This document shows positions 12,008 to 24,513 of a stretch of 64,000 nt of DNA, piece by piece; position 1 is the first letter of the stretch; each line of letters starts with the position of its first letter. Source of the stretch: Sminthopsis crassicaudata. Lineage: Eukaryota. The notes under the pieces are model-generated. The model searched no databases and was not told the DNA's origin. It was given only the letters and a program-made list of their open reading frames with translations. The stretch spans positions 29,112,478 through 29,176,477 of the forward strand of contig NC_133618.1 of NCBI RefSeq assembly GCF_048593235.1, written 5' to 3'. Made by a program: the position numbers and the translations under genes.

Positions 12008-12462
12008 TTTTAAAAAAATTATTATAGCTTTTTATTTACAAATTATATGCATGGGTAATTTTACAGCATTGACAATCGCCAAACCTTTTGTCCCAATTTT
12101 TCCCCTCCTTTCCTCACCCCTTCCCCCAGATGGCAGGTTGACCAATACATGTTAAATATGTTAAACTATATATTAAATACAATATTAGTATACATGTCCA
12201 AACAGTTATTTTGCTGTTCAAAAAGAAGAGGAGGGGTAGCTAGATGGTGCACTGGACAGAGCATCAGCCCTGAACTCAGGAGGACCTGAGTTCAAATCTG
12301 ACCTCAGACACTTAACACTTCCTAGCTGTGTGACCTTGAGCAAGTCACTTAATTCCAATTGCATCAGGAAAAAAAATAAAGAATTTGACTTTAAAATAGT
12401 GTACTATTAGCCTGTGAAGGAAATAAAAAATGCAGGCAGACAAAAATAGAGGGATTGGGAAG
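12008..12462 (-). mobile_element. L1 3'-UTR fragment in the copy 2 3' UTR, with a nested WSINE1-like SINE (+, 12233-12377)
   Basis: 16-bp TSD AGAATTCCAATTCTTT at 11992-12007 and 12463-12478; L1 AATAAA at 12036-12031; SINE with A/B-box head ggggtagctagatggtgca...gagttcaaatc. Confidence 0.88.
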
Positions 12463-12495
12463 AGAATTCCAATTCTTTGTCCTGTCTTGTCCCCT

Positions 12496-14717
12496 TTAAG
12501 CTCTGAACTTGCAGAGGTAGAGGTTCTTCTTCTGACAAGGTTCATCTTTCCACCTCTGGAATCCTGTGGAGAAATGGTCTAGGTTCAGCTGAGGCACAGG
12601 TTAGGGCAGGACATTCCCAGTTTGATGACTTTAGCTTCCCAGCCACAGGGTCTCCACTCATTCAATTGTCCTTGAGGTCCCCAGAAGAAAGGAGAATGAA
12701 GACAGGGAAAGGAGGGAAGTAGAAGACAAGGAAGGAAGGAGGCTGTACAAAAGAAAGAGGAGGGAAAAGGAAAGAAAACTAAGAAGAAGTTTGGGAATTG
12801 GACAAGAGAGGAAAGAAGATGATAAATTAGGGGGAAAGAAAAGAGAAAAGGCACAATGAGGAGAGCAAGAGAGAGGAGAGGAGTCACTCTCATATTCTTG
12901 GAAGGAGGTGCCCTCATTCCTCCAGGCTCTCACACAGCGCCAGGAGAAGAGAATGCTCTTGCAGAGAAGGAAGGGGTTGGAGCTCACCAGACTCAGGAGT
13001 CAGGCTCACACAGTGGTTAGGATTGCTCTTTGCTGGGAAGCCCGTCTCCCAGGCCTGGTAGAGGTAAAGGGCGTTGCTGCTCCATTTCCACCTGCGATTC
13101 TGGGGGAGAGGGTTGGGAAGGGGGCGGTTAGGGAAGAGGGAGACCCCCCCCCACATCTACCTCTTTTATATAATAACTCCTTATAATAACAGACCAACTG
13201 CACCAAACCAGGCTCATTCTGTTCCCTAAGTCTTCCATGGTGCTGTGACCTGGCTGCTGCTTCTGCCATTGGGCAGCTCCAGCCTGTTCTGCCCCATCAT
13301 GTTCTCTCTGGGAGACCCAGACAGAACCACCCTCCCTCCCTCTGCCAGAAACCCTCCCCTGTCTCCTGCCAGTCCCTCTTCTGCCTGGCTCTGGCCCCAG
13401 GCCCTGCCCTGAGCTCCCTGAGCCTCTTGGGGAGTCCGAGGCTGGGTCTCTTGGACTGTTCCTCAAATGCAAGATTTCCTTATTGGGACCCTGGTCTCCA
13501 TTAAGTGCAGGGCCTGGGAAGGCCTCTGGGGGATGATGAGAATTCACAGATCACACAGGACTCGCTCATTGCAAAGAATGGGCAGAGACATGGAAATGAA
13601 ACTGTGGGTTGGTGAGTCCCCAGGAGCCCTGGGAGAGATGCAATCCCCCTCTCGCCCCAGAGACCCCACAGACCCTTCTCCCTGCCCCCACCTCCTGCCC
13701 CCTGGATTTCTCCTATTCTTCCTCATGCTTCTGCACTTTTAGGGTCTCGGACCCTCAGAACTCATAGGATCCTACGCCCCCACACATCACTGTTCCCCTT
13801 CTTTCCAGGACTCAGACAGGGACGGCCTCTTGGTCATACCTTGTTGGGGTCGTGCAGCCCGATCCAGACTGGGCTCTGACCAACCCCATTCTCCATGATC
13901 ATGGTGGCCACAAAGGCGGCTTCAGCCTCGTTGAGCAGGGAGCCCAGGTGGCCCGAGGGGTAGCCCTGGCACAGCAGCTGTGGAGGGCAGGGAGCAGGGC
14001 TGGGTAAATGTGGGAGTCAGGAGCTAAGGAGGCAGAAGAAGGCTCCTGGGAGCTTCATAGGATAAGGTGGTCAATAGAGGAGGAGAAGAGGCTAAACGGA
14101 CCATGGTGAGATGTACCAGGGGTACAAAGATTGCTATTGTGGGAAGTGGGGGGTCCATGAAAAACCAAAAAAGGAGAGCAAAGCTCTGGAGTCACCTGAG
14201 AAGGGAAGGTCTGGGTGACACGTGAGGGCTTAGGGACTCATGGTGGCCACACTGATGACCCCAAGTGACATTGGGAAAGGGAGACAGACCCTGCCCCCTC
14301 CCAGGGCCCTCTCCAGAACCCACCTCGGCAGTGTTCCAGGTCTCCTGGGGACCCAATACTCCATAGCAGTGGGAGCCATGGAAGCCAAAGCCCTGGGGGC
14401 AGGAGCTCCTGGCAGAGGGGGGTGCAGGGGCCTCCTTCTGGCCTGGGGAGGGAGGAGAGCAGTTGAGGTTCCTGCTCCCTGCACCTCAGTCTTTGAATCC
14501 TACAGACCCCCAACCCCTCTCCTCTGTCCCACAGTGCCCACCCTGCTGCTGTCCAGCCCCTTCCCTTTCCCTCTTACTGTGTCCAAGCCCCTGTTCTGGG
14601 CCCAGGTGGGCAGTCAAAGGGAGGCCTGAGGGACCCACCTTGTGTCAGGCAGGGGAGCAGCAGGCAGGCGAGGAGCAGCCCTGAGACTCTGGGGGACATC
14701 ATGGCAGGCAGTGTCAT
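12496..14717 (-). CDS. REG1/REG3-like: REG-family C-type lectin, copy 2 (171 aa, intact)
   Basis: Exons 14717-14639, 14442-14324, 13977-13840, 13099-12988, 12563-12496. Prosegment QKEAPAPPSAR; exon 5 loop AWETGFPAKSNPNHC; C-terminus FQRWKDEPCQKKNLYLCKFRA*. Confidence 0.95.
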
Positions 14718-15111
14718 CTGATTCTGGGGAGGAGACAAGAGAACCCCTGATCTCCTGCCCAAGGACCCTGAGAAGGGACAAGGATAATGGCCAAGACCTC
14801 GGAAGCCCCAGGCTGCTGCTGTTCCCCTGGTCTCTGGGCCCCGGCTGGGACTGAGTTCCCTCTTCTCTCCTCCTTCTTCCCTTCCTGAGCCTCAGAAATC
14901 TTCAGACCAGGAGTAAGACAGAATCCGGGAGCCCTGGACAGGGTGGACTTGGGAGAAGATGTACCCTTCAGGGTAGCTTAGGAAGGACATATCCTGGCCT
15001 TCCCCCCAAGGTACCGGACTCCTGGAGCAGCTGCCGCCTCTCCCCCCGGGAAAGGAAGGGCCTCTGGATCTGCAGGGACCCCGTCTCCCAGCCCTTCTCT
15101 CCCTTACTTAC

Positions 15112-15554
15112 CTGGTGGAAGGAATCGTGTGTCGGAGGAGCAGAGGAGGACGGAACCTTTATAGGGAGAGGACCCATTATGGGGGCAGGGCTGGGGATGG
15201 AGGGAGGGCCCGAGCACAGGGGCTGGGAGGGGCAGGGGCTTCCTGGAACAGGGCGAGGTCTTCCTCAGTTTGGGGTCAGGAGCAGAGAGGAGCCCTGGGT
15301 TCTTCCCACAATGTGAGGTAGAGACCCATGGCTGCCTCCTGCCCCAAAGCTCGCCAGCTGCCACGTTCCCACAGCCAGGGGAGATTTCTGGGAAGGTTAG
15401 TGATTGGGGGAAAAGGGAACTCAAGGGAATGAGGGAACTTCCTGCCGGGAAAGGTGTAGTGTCAGAGACCTGGCCTTGGAGAAGGAGGGAATGCCAGTCA
15501 AGGGAGCCACGTTTTCCTGATAAAAACCCTCTGTCTTTCCATTAATTCCTGGAA
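15112..15554 (-). promoter_or_regulatory. Copy 2 promoter and non-coding exon 1
   Basis: TATAAA 15163-15158; donor at 15112/15111; GAS 15240-15248, 15386-15394, 15546-15554; E-box+RBPJ site 15355-15372. Confidence 0.8.
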
Positions 15555-16554
15555 TTCCCAGGACAAGAAAGGTTTCCAGGTCTTGGGAAGAGCTTCCCCA
15601 CGATCCCCTGCACATCCTCCAGAGCTGATTCGGGCTTGCATTGACATAGTCAAAAAAGAATTAAGTTCCCTTCAGCTTCTATTAGAACAGCTTAAAGGGC
15701 AGAGGCAAGAATCAACAGGCTGGACAGAGTGGGGGCTTCCAAGATACACAATAAGAAAATAGCATTAAATCTCCTGAACTCCGGTGTAGCCCCACAATAT
15801 CCAGATACACATGATTACTCCTCATTCTGAACTCTCTCCCTTGTCTAAGAGTCTCAACAAGAGCTTTAAAATGTGCTCCCATCAGTGGGACTTGGGCAGT
15901 TGGAAACTGGTTTGATTCTCCTCATTCAAACGTCAGAACCCACTGGCTGACTCTTTGGGTTCCCATTGGGTGATTCAAAGTAGATGATCCGACTGAGGAC
16001 ACGGTCTAGTTTCAGCGCCGTTGTGTGTCTCACAATATATTTCCCAGAACATCCCACAAAGACCATGCACAGAATGAGAGTGACCCTAATGTCACGGCCA
16101 CATCACTTCTATTATTCTGGCCACTAGGTTTCCTAATCCAAGATGTTCCATTTGGCCTGGAATATTGTAATGTCCTATTGTGGGTCTGTCTGTCTCTACT
16201 CTCTCCCCATTCCTGTCTTTCCTCCCTTTGTCCACAAATATTTCCCCAAAGACCAGGTCTTTCCATGTCCCTTCCTTAAGAAACAATCGCTCTATCCCAC
16301 CATCTCCCAGGTCAAATACAAAATCCCATTAGAAGTTCCAAGGCCTCCTCACCTTCATCCTCCTGCCTCCTGACATCTTATTTGACCTCACTTGGGCTTT
16401 GGTCCAGAAATACTGTTCTCCTGTCTTATAAGAAGACACATGAGGTCATTTCCTCTGCTGTCTCTCAAGCCTAGAATGTTCTCCCTCCTTCCCTTCCCTT
16501 CTTTTAAGATCCAATAAAAATCCCATCTTCTGCTTTGCTCCACCCTCCTAACTT

Positions 16555-18045
16555 TTTAAAATGTTAATAGTATATTATTTTTCCAATTTTATGCAAAGAT
16601 TCTTTTCAACATTCAATTTTGTTACATTTTGAGTTCCTAATTTTTTCTCCCATTTTCTCTTGCCTCCCCCATCCCCAAGACCCAAACAATCTGATACAGG
16701 TTACATATGTATAACCATTTTTAATATATTTCCATGTGAATCATGTTTGGAAAGAAAAATAAGCAAAAAAGGAAGATCTTGATCATGAAAATGAAAAAAT
16801 AAAACCAAAAAAAAAGGAAAAGATGAAAATGTTCCCTATTTCTTGTTTGGTCATAAATTCCCCCGTTTCGCAAAGATCTGACATACAGACTTTCCCCTTC
16901 TCTCCTATTTTGCTTATAGTATCTTTATGTCTAAATCAGGCACCCATTTTGACCTTATCTTGGTAGAGTGCGAGAATGGGTGTATCGATGCCTACTTTCT
17001 GACATACTATGTATTTCCAGTTTTCTCAAGAATTTTTGTAAAATAGTGAGTTCTTATGGGAGAAACTGGAGTCTTTGTGTTTATCAAATAATAGATTACT
17101 TTAGTCATTGACTATTGTGTCTTGTGTCCCTGAGCTTCCATCTGCATTTAATCTCTATGTTCTTTTTGGAATGCAGATGGCATTTTTCATCCAAAGTTTA
17201 TTGGAATTGCCTCGGGGATCATTGAAGTACCGAAAAAGAGCTAAATTTGTCAGAGCTGCTCACACCATCTTGCCATTACTGTTTACTGGTTTCTGTTCCC
17301 TTCACTCAGCACTTAAATTTTTCCCGGCTTTTCTGACATCAGCCTGTTCATAATTTCCATTAGATTCATATAGTATAAGTTATTCGACCACTAATCAGTT
17401 GATGGGTATATACTCAATTATCAGTTCTTTTGGAATTGGAATTGGAGGTGCTATAAGTATTTTTGTATATCAGGGTCCTTTACCCTCTTTTATGATAACT
17501 TGGGACATAGACCCAGCAGTGGCAGTATGGATCCTAGGACATACAGTTTGATAGCCCTTCCAGCATAGATCCAAATTGTTCTCTAGAATGATTGGATCAT
17601 TCAGTTCACAACTCCACTAACAATGTATTAGTACACAGTTTCCTCACACCCCTCCTTTTATCTTTCCTCTCTTATCTTTTCCTGTCATTTAACCATTCTG
17701 ATAAGTGTGAAATGGTACCTTGTGTTGTTTTAATTTGTGTTTTCTCTAGTTAGTAGTTATTTACAACATTTTTTCATGAGTAGAAATGGCTTTAATTTCT
17801 TCATCTGAAAATTGTCTCTTCATATCCTTTGACCATATATCAGTTGGGGAATATCTTGTACCATCATAAATTTGACCTATTTTTCTATATAATTTAGAAA
17901 TGAGGCCCTTATCAGAAAGACTGCTTATAAATATTGCTTCTCAACTATTGCTTCCCTTCTAATCTTGGCTGCATTGTTTTTGTTTATGTAAAATATTTTA
18001 ATCTAATGTAATCAAAATTATGCACTTTGCATTTCATAATGTTGA
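16555..18045 (-). mobile_element. Rearranged L1 fragments, spacer 2
   Basis: Paralog of 7700-9085. Confidence 0.7.
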
Positions 18046-18215
18046 ATTCAGAAATGAAATAGGGGAGGCTTAGTTTGGGGGACATTTTGGGAATCAATCA
18101 TTGGAGAGAAAAAATCAGCTCTGTCCCTGCATTTTGAGAGTCTCTTCCTTGTATATCTGCTCCTGCTCCTTTCTCAGGTGCTGTTAGTCCTTGGATTACC
18201 TAAGGAATGAGGTCT

Positions 18216-19964
18216 TTCAGGAAAAGATGATGATAAATGTTGGAGGGGATATGGGAAAACAAGGATTTGTTGGTGGAGTTGTGAACTGACACAATCATTC
18301 TAAAGAGAATTTAGAACTATTCCCAAAGAGCTATCACACTGTGCATGCCCATGATTCAGCAGTGTGTCTACCAGTCATGTGTCCCAAAGAAATCATAAAA
18401 AAGGGAAAAGGACCTATGTGTGCAAAAATGTTTGTAGCAGCCCTTTTTGTGCTGGTGTGGAACTGGAAATTGAATGGATGCCCATCAGTTGAGGAATGGC
18501 TGAGTAAGTTATGGTATATGAATGTTATGGAATATTATTGTTGTATAAGAAATGACCAGGAGGAGGATGTCAGAGAGGCCTGATGAGATTTACACAAACT
18601 GTTCCATAGTGAAGTGAGTAGAACCAAGAGACCATTGTACACAGCAACAGCAAGATTATGTAGTGATCAACTCTGATGGATGTGGCTCTTTTCAACAGCG
18701 CGGTTATTCAGGCCAATTCCAATGGTCTTGTGATGGAGAGAGCCATCTGCACCCAGAGAGAGCACTGTAGAGACTGTGTGGATTGCAATGTAGTAATTTC
18801 ATCTTTTTATGGTCATTTGTTGCTTTTTGTTTTCTTTCTCATTTTTCCTTTTTTGATTTGATTTTTTTTGTTCAGACAATAAAAGTGGAAATATGTATAG
18901 AATTGCACATGTTTAATCCATATTGGATTTATTGCCATTTAGGGTGGATGTGGATCAAGGGAGGGAGAAAAATTTAGAACACAAGGTTTTGCAAGGGTGA
19001 ATATTGAAAACTATCTTTACATATATTTTTAAAATAAAAAGGTATTATTTTGAAAAAAAAAAAGAATGAGGTCTGAAATCATGTCTCCTATTAGACTAAC
19101 TGTAGAAAACACCTTTGAAACGAGCTTTCACAAAATCTAACAATTCTGGAGAGCAATCTGGAATTATGCCCAAAAAGTTATCAAAACGTGCATACCCTTT
19201 GACTCAGCTGTACTATTACTGGGCTTATATCCCAAGGAAATACTAAAGAAGGGAAAGGGACCAGTATGTGCCAAAATGTTTGTGGCAGCTCTTTTTGTAG
19301 TGGCTAGAAACTGGGAAATGAATGGATGCTCATCAGTTGGAGAATGGTTGGGTACATTATGGTATATGAATGTTATGGAATATTAATTTTCTGTAAGAAA
19401 TGACCAACAGGAGGAAAACAGAGAGGCCTGGAGAGACTTACATCAACTGATGCTGAATGAAACGAGCAGAACCAGAAGATCATTATACACTTCAACAATG
19501 GTACTGTCTGAGGATGTATTCTGATGGAAGTGGATATCTTCAACATAGAGAAGAGCTAATCCAATTCAAATTGATCAATGATGGACAGAATCAGCTATAC
19601 CCAGAGAAGGAACACTGGGAAATAAGTGTAAACTGTGAGCATTGTTCTTTTTGTTTTTTTGTTTGTTTGTTTGTTTTGTTTCTCTTCCCAGATTATTTTT
19701 ACCTTGAGAATACAATCCTTCCTTTGCAACAGCAACAACAACAAAATTCAGTTCTGCACATATATATTGTACCTAGGATATACTATAAGATATTTAATAT
19801 GTATGGGAATGCCTGCCATCTAGGGGAGGGGGTGGAGGGAAGGAGGGGAAAAACTCGGAACAGAAGGGAGTACAATGGATAATGTTATAAAAAAATTTAC
19901 CTATGCATATGTACTGTCAAAGAAAATGTTATAATTACAAAAATTAATAAAAAAGAAAAAAAAA
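18216..19964 (+). mobile_element. Two L1 insertions, spacer 2
   Basis: L1a 18216-19063 and L1b 19132-19964; same TSDs. Confidence 0.9.
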
Positions 19965-20967
19965 GAAAGGAGCTTTCACCTTTTGTGTATGTTGAGCTAT
20001 GCCCACTGACTCTCTCTTCAGAATGCAAGCCCTTTGCAGTTAAGAACCTACTTTCTTCCTTTCTTTTAATCCCTAATATTATTTGAGCCAGATGAAATGC
20101 TGAATAAATTTATTTGTTTTCTTGGTTAGCTGGTGAATGATTGGCTTAATTCTCTGAAGATGTGTATTGGTCTCAACAACTCTGGAGTGGATTTTTACCC
20201 ACAGGTAATAAAACTGTGTTCACAAAATTTGCCAAAAGGCTAAAAAAGGATCTTCCTATTTTCAGGGATAAGAAACTTAACTCTGAGCATCTCTAAAATT
20301 GGGGTTCTTTCCAGAATGTTACCATGAATGAAGTTTTTAAATACCATGAAGCATCATTGTGCATAAAAATCTGTGACTCATCAAAATAATTCAGTGATTC
20401 AGATCAAAAAGAAGTTTCTTAAAAGACACAAAGTTATATGTGGAGTCTACAACAGAGCTATCGATAAAGACAACAACATTTGGAAACAATATGAAGGAGA
20501 ACACTCCCTCAGTCATATCTTTAAGGAGTGCACATAGAGAATTCCTGTCCTCTGTCTTCCCAAAATAGAGACAAAAGTAGAATTTCATCCATTGAGGGTT
20601 AGCTTAGTTTTTCAAGTTCAAGTAATCAGATTTTGTTCTTCAGTCACCTCCTTGACTCCATGCTGCAGAATTTTTACCTTAGCAATGTTTGTCAAAAGAG
20701 TTAAACTTGAACTTTTCCATTTTTAAAAAATATTGTGACCATTTATGTTCAGGTTGCCTGTTAACTTAGGGCCCATTGTGGTTTGTAATATAAAAGTTCC
20801 CAAGGCACTGAGTGAGGTGCTTGGAGAAAGTTGGTGGATAACAAAGGGGATGTGAATGGTTGATGTGAGGAAGTCAGATGGGAAAAAAGATCTGGGAAGG
20901 CAGAGAGATTATGCTATGGCTATCATTAGCTGAGTCTGACTCTAAGACAACAGAATTCCAATTCTTT

Positions 20968-21420
20968 TTTTTTTTAATTTATTATAGCTTTTTATTTACA
21001 AATTATATGCATGGGTAATTTTACAGCATTGACAATCACCAAACCTTTTGTCCCAATTTTCCCCCTCCTTTCCTCACCCTTCCCCCAGATGGCAGGTTGA
21101 CCAATACATGTTAAATATGTTAAACTATATATTAAATACAATATTAATATACATATCCAAATGGTTATTCTGCTGTTCAAAAGGAATTGGAGGGGTAGCT
21201 AGATGGTGCAGTGGATAGAGCATCAGCCCTGAACTCAGGAGGACCTGAGTTCAAATCTGACCTCAGACACTTAACACTTCCTAGCTATGTGACCTGGAGC
21301 AAGTCACTTAATTCCAATTGCATCAGGAAAAAAATAAAGAATTTAACTTTAAAATAGTGTACTATTAGCCTGTGAAGGAAATAAAAAATGCAGGCAGACA
21401 AAAATAGAGGGAATGGGAAG
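20968..21420 (-). mobile_element. L1 3'-UTR fragment with nested SINE (+, ~21192-21335), copy 3 3' UTR
   Basis: Same insert and TSD as in copy 2. Confidence 0.88.
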
Positions 21421-21453
21421 AGAATTCCGATTCTTTCTCCTGTCTTGTCCCCT

Positions 21454-23649
21454 TTAAGCTCTGAACTTGCAGAGGTAGAGGTTCTTCTTCTGACAAGGTT
21501 CATCTTTCCACCTCTGGAATCCTGTGGAGAAATGGTCTAGGTTCAGCTGAGGCATAGGTTAGGGCAGGACAGCCCCAATCTAAACACTGTGGCTTCCCGG
21601 CCACAGGGTCTCCACTCATTCAATATTGTCCTTGAGGTCCCCAGAAGAAAGGAGAATGAAGACAAGAAAAGGAGGGAGACTGTACAAAAGAAAGAGGAGG
21701 GAAAAGGAAAGAAAACTAAGAAGAAGTTCGGGAATTGGAGAAGAGAGGAAAGAAGATGATAAATTGGGGGGAAAGAAAAGAGAAAAGGCACAAAGAGGAG
21801 GGCAAGAGAGAGGAGAGGAGTCACTCTCATATTCTTGGAAGAAGGTGCCCTCATTCCTCCAGGCTCTCACACAGCGCCAGGAGAAGAGAATGCTTTTGCA
21901 GAGAAGGAAGGGGTTGGAGCTCACCAGACTCAGGAGTCAGGCTCACACAATAGTTAGGATTGGTCTTTGCTGGGAAGCCCGTCCCCCAGGCCTGGTAGAG
22001 GTAAAGGGCGTTGCTGCTCCATTTCCACCTGCGATTCTGGGGGAAAGGATTGGGAAGGAGGCGGTTAGGGAAGAGGGAGACCCCCCACATCAACCTCTTT
22101 TATATAATAACTCCTTATAATAACAGACCAACTGCACCACACCCGGCTCATTCTGTTCCCTATGTCTTCCATGGTGTTGTGACCCGGCTGCTGCTTCTGC
22201 CATTGGGCAGCTCCAGCCTGTTCTGCCCCATCACGTTCTCTCTGGGAGACCCAGACAGAACCACCCTCCCTCCCTCTGCCAGAAACCCTCCCCTGTCTCC
22301 TGCCAGTCCCTCTTCTGCCTGGCTCTGGCCCCAGGCCCTGCCCTGAGCTCCCTGAGCCTCTTGGGGAGTCCGAGGCTGGGTCTCTTGGACTGTTCCTCAA
22401 ATGCAAGATTTCCTTCTTGGGACCCTGGTCTCCATTAAGTGCAGGGCCTGGGAAGGCCTCTGGGGGATGATGAGAATTCACAGATCACACAGGACTCGCT
22501 CATTGCAAAGAATGGGCAGAGACATGGAAGTGAAACTGTGGGTTGGTGAGTCCCCAGGAGCCCTGGGAGAGATGCAATCCCCCTCTCACCCCAGAGACCC
22601 CACAGACCCTTCTCCCTGCCCCCACCTGCTGCCCCCTGGATTTCTCCTATTCTTCCTCATGCTTCTGCTCTGTTAGGGCCTCGGACCCGCAGAACTCATA
22701 TCATCCTCCCCCCCACATCACTGTTCCCCTTCTTTCCAGGACTCAGACAGGGACAGGCCCTCGGTCATACCTTGTTGGGGTCATGCAGCCCGATCCAGAC
22801 TGGGCTCTGACCCACCCCGTTCTCCATGATCATGGTGGCCACAAAGGCAGCCTCAGCCTCGTTGAGCAGGGAGCCCAGGTGGCCCGAGGGGTAGCCCTGG
22901 CACAGCAGCTGTGGAGGCAGGGAGCAGGGCTGGGTAAATGTGGGCGTCAGGAGCTAAGGAGGCAGAAGAAGGCTCCTGGGAGCTTCATAGGATAAGGGTG
23001 GTCAATAGAGGAGGAGAAGAGGCTAAAGTGACCATGGTGAGATGTACCAGGGGTACAAAGATTGCTATTGAGGGAAGTGGGGGGTCCATGAAACACCAAA
23101 AAAGGAGAGCAAAGCTCTGGAGTCACCTGAGAAGGGAAGGTCTGGGTGACAGGTGAGGGCTTAGGGACTCATGGTGGCCACACTGATGACCCCAAGTGAC
23201 ATTGGGAAAGGGAGACAGACCACACATCCTCCCAGGGCCCTCTCCAGAACCCACCTCGGCAGTGTTCCAGGTCTCCTGGGGACCCAATACTCCATAGCAG
23301 TGGGAGCCATGGAAGCCAAAGCCCTGGGGGCAAGAGCTCCTGGCAGAGGGGGGTGCAGGGGCCTCCTGCTGGCCTGGAGAGTGAGGAGAGCAGTTGATGT
23401 TCCTGCTCCCTGCACCTCAGTCTTTGAATCCTACAGACCCCCAACCCCTTCTTCTCTGTCCCACAGTGCCCACCCTGCTGCTGTCCAGCCCCTTCCCTTT
23501 CCCTCTTACTGTGTCCAAGCCCCTGTTCTGGGCCCAGGTGGGCAGTCAGAGGGAGGTCTGGGGGACCCACCTTGTGTCAGGCAGGGGAGCAGCAGGCAGG
23601 CGAGGAGCAGCCCTGAGACTCTGGGGGACATCATGGCAGGCAGTGTCAT
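21454..23649 (-). CDS. REG1/REG3-like: REG-family C-type lectin, copy 3 (171 aa, intact)
   Basis: Exons 23649-23571, 23373-23255, 22908-22771, 22036-21925, 21521-21454. Prosegment QQEAPAPPSAR; loop AWGTGFPAKTNPNYC. Confidence 0.95.
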
Positions 23650-24026
23650 CTGATTCTGGGGAGGAGACAAGAGAACCCCTGATCTCCTGCCCAAGGACCC
23701 TGAGAAGGGACAAGGATAATGGCCAAGACCTCGGAAGCCCCAGGCTGCTGCTGTTCCCCTGGTCTCTGGGCCCAGGCTGGGACTGAGTTCCCTTCTCTCT
23801 CTCCTCCTTCTCCCCTTCCTGAGCCTTAGAATCTGCAGACCAGGAGTAAGACAGAATCCGGGAGCCCTGGACAGGGTGGACTTGGGAGAAGATGTCCCCT
23901 TCAGGGTAGCTTAGGAAGGACATCTCCTGGCCTTCCCCCCAAGATACCGGCCTCCTCCCCTGGGAAGGGAAGGGCCTCTGGAGTCTGCAGGGACCCCGTC
24001 TCCCAGACCTTCTCTCCCTCACTTAC

Positions 24027-24466
24027 CTGGTGGAAGGAATCGTGTGTCTGAGCAGAGAAGGACAGAGCCTTTATAGGGAGAGGACCCATTATGGGGGCAG
24101 GGCTGGGGATGGAGTGATGGCCCGAGCACAGGGGCTGGGAGGGGCAGGGGCTTCCTGGAAGAGGGCGAGATCTTCCTCAGTTTGAGGTCAGGAGCAGAGA
24201 GGAGCCCTGGGTTCTTCCCACAATGTGAGGTAGAGACCCATGGCTGCCTCCTGCCCCAAAGCTCGCCAGCTGCCACGTTCCCACAGCCAGGGGAGATTTC
24301 TGGGAAGGTTAGTGATTGGGGGAAGAGGGAACTCACGGGAATGAGGGAACTTCCTGCTGGGAAAGGTGTAGTGTCAGACACCTGGCCTTGGAGAAGGAGG
24401 GAATGCCAGTCAAGGGAGCCACGTTTTCCTGATAAAAACCCTCTGTCTTTCCATTAATTCCTGGAA
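24027..24466 (-). promoter_or_regulatory. Copy 3 promoter and non-coding exon 1
   Basis: TATAAA 24075-24070; donor at 24027/24026; GAS 24152-24160 and 24458-24466; E-box+RBPJ site 24267-24284. Confidence 0.8.
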
Positions 24467-24513
24467 TTCCCGGGACAAGAAAGGTTTCCAGGTCTTGGGA
24501 AGAGCTTCCCCAC

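Noticed and set aside
12233-12377. tRNA-like sequence with A and B boxes
   Set aside because: It is the head of a tRNA-derived SINE with an A-tail and TSD, not a tRNA gene.
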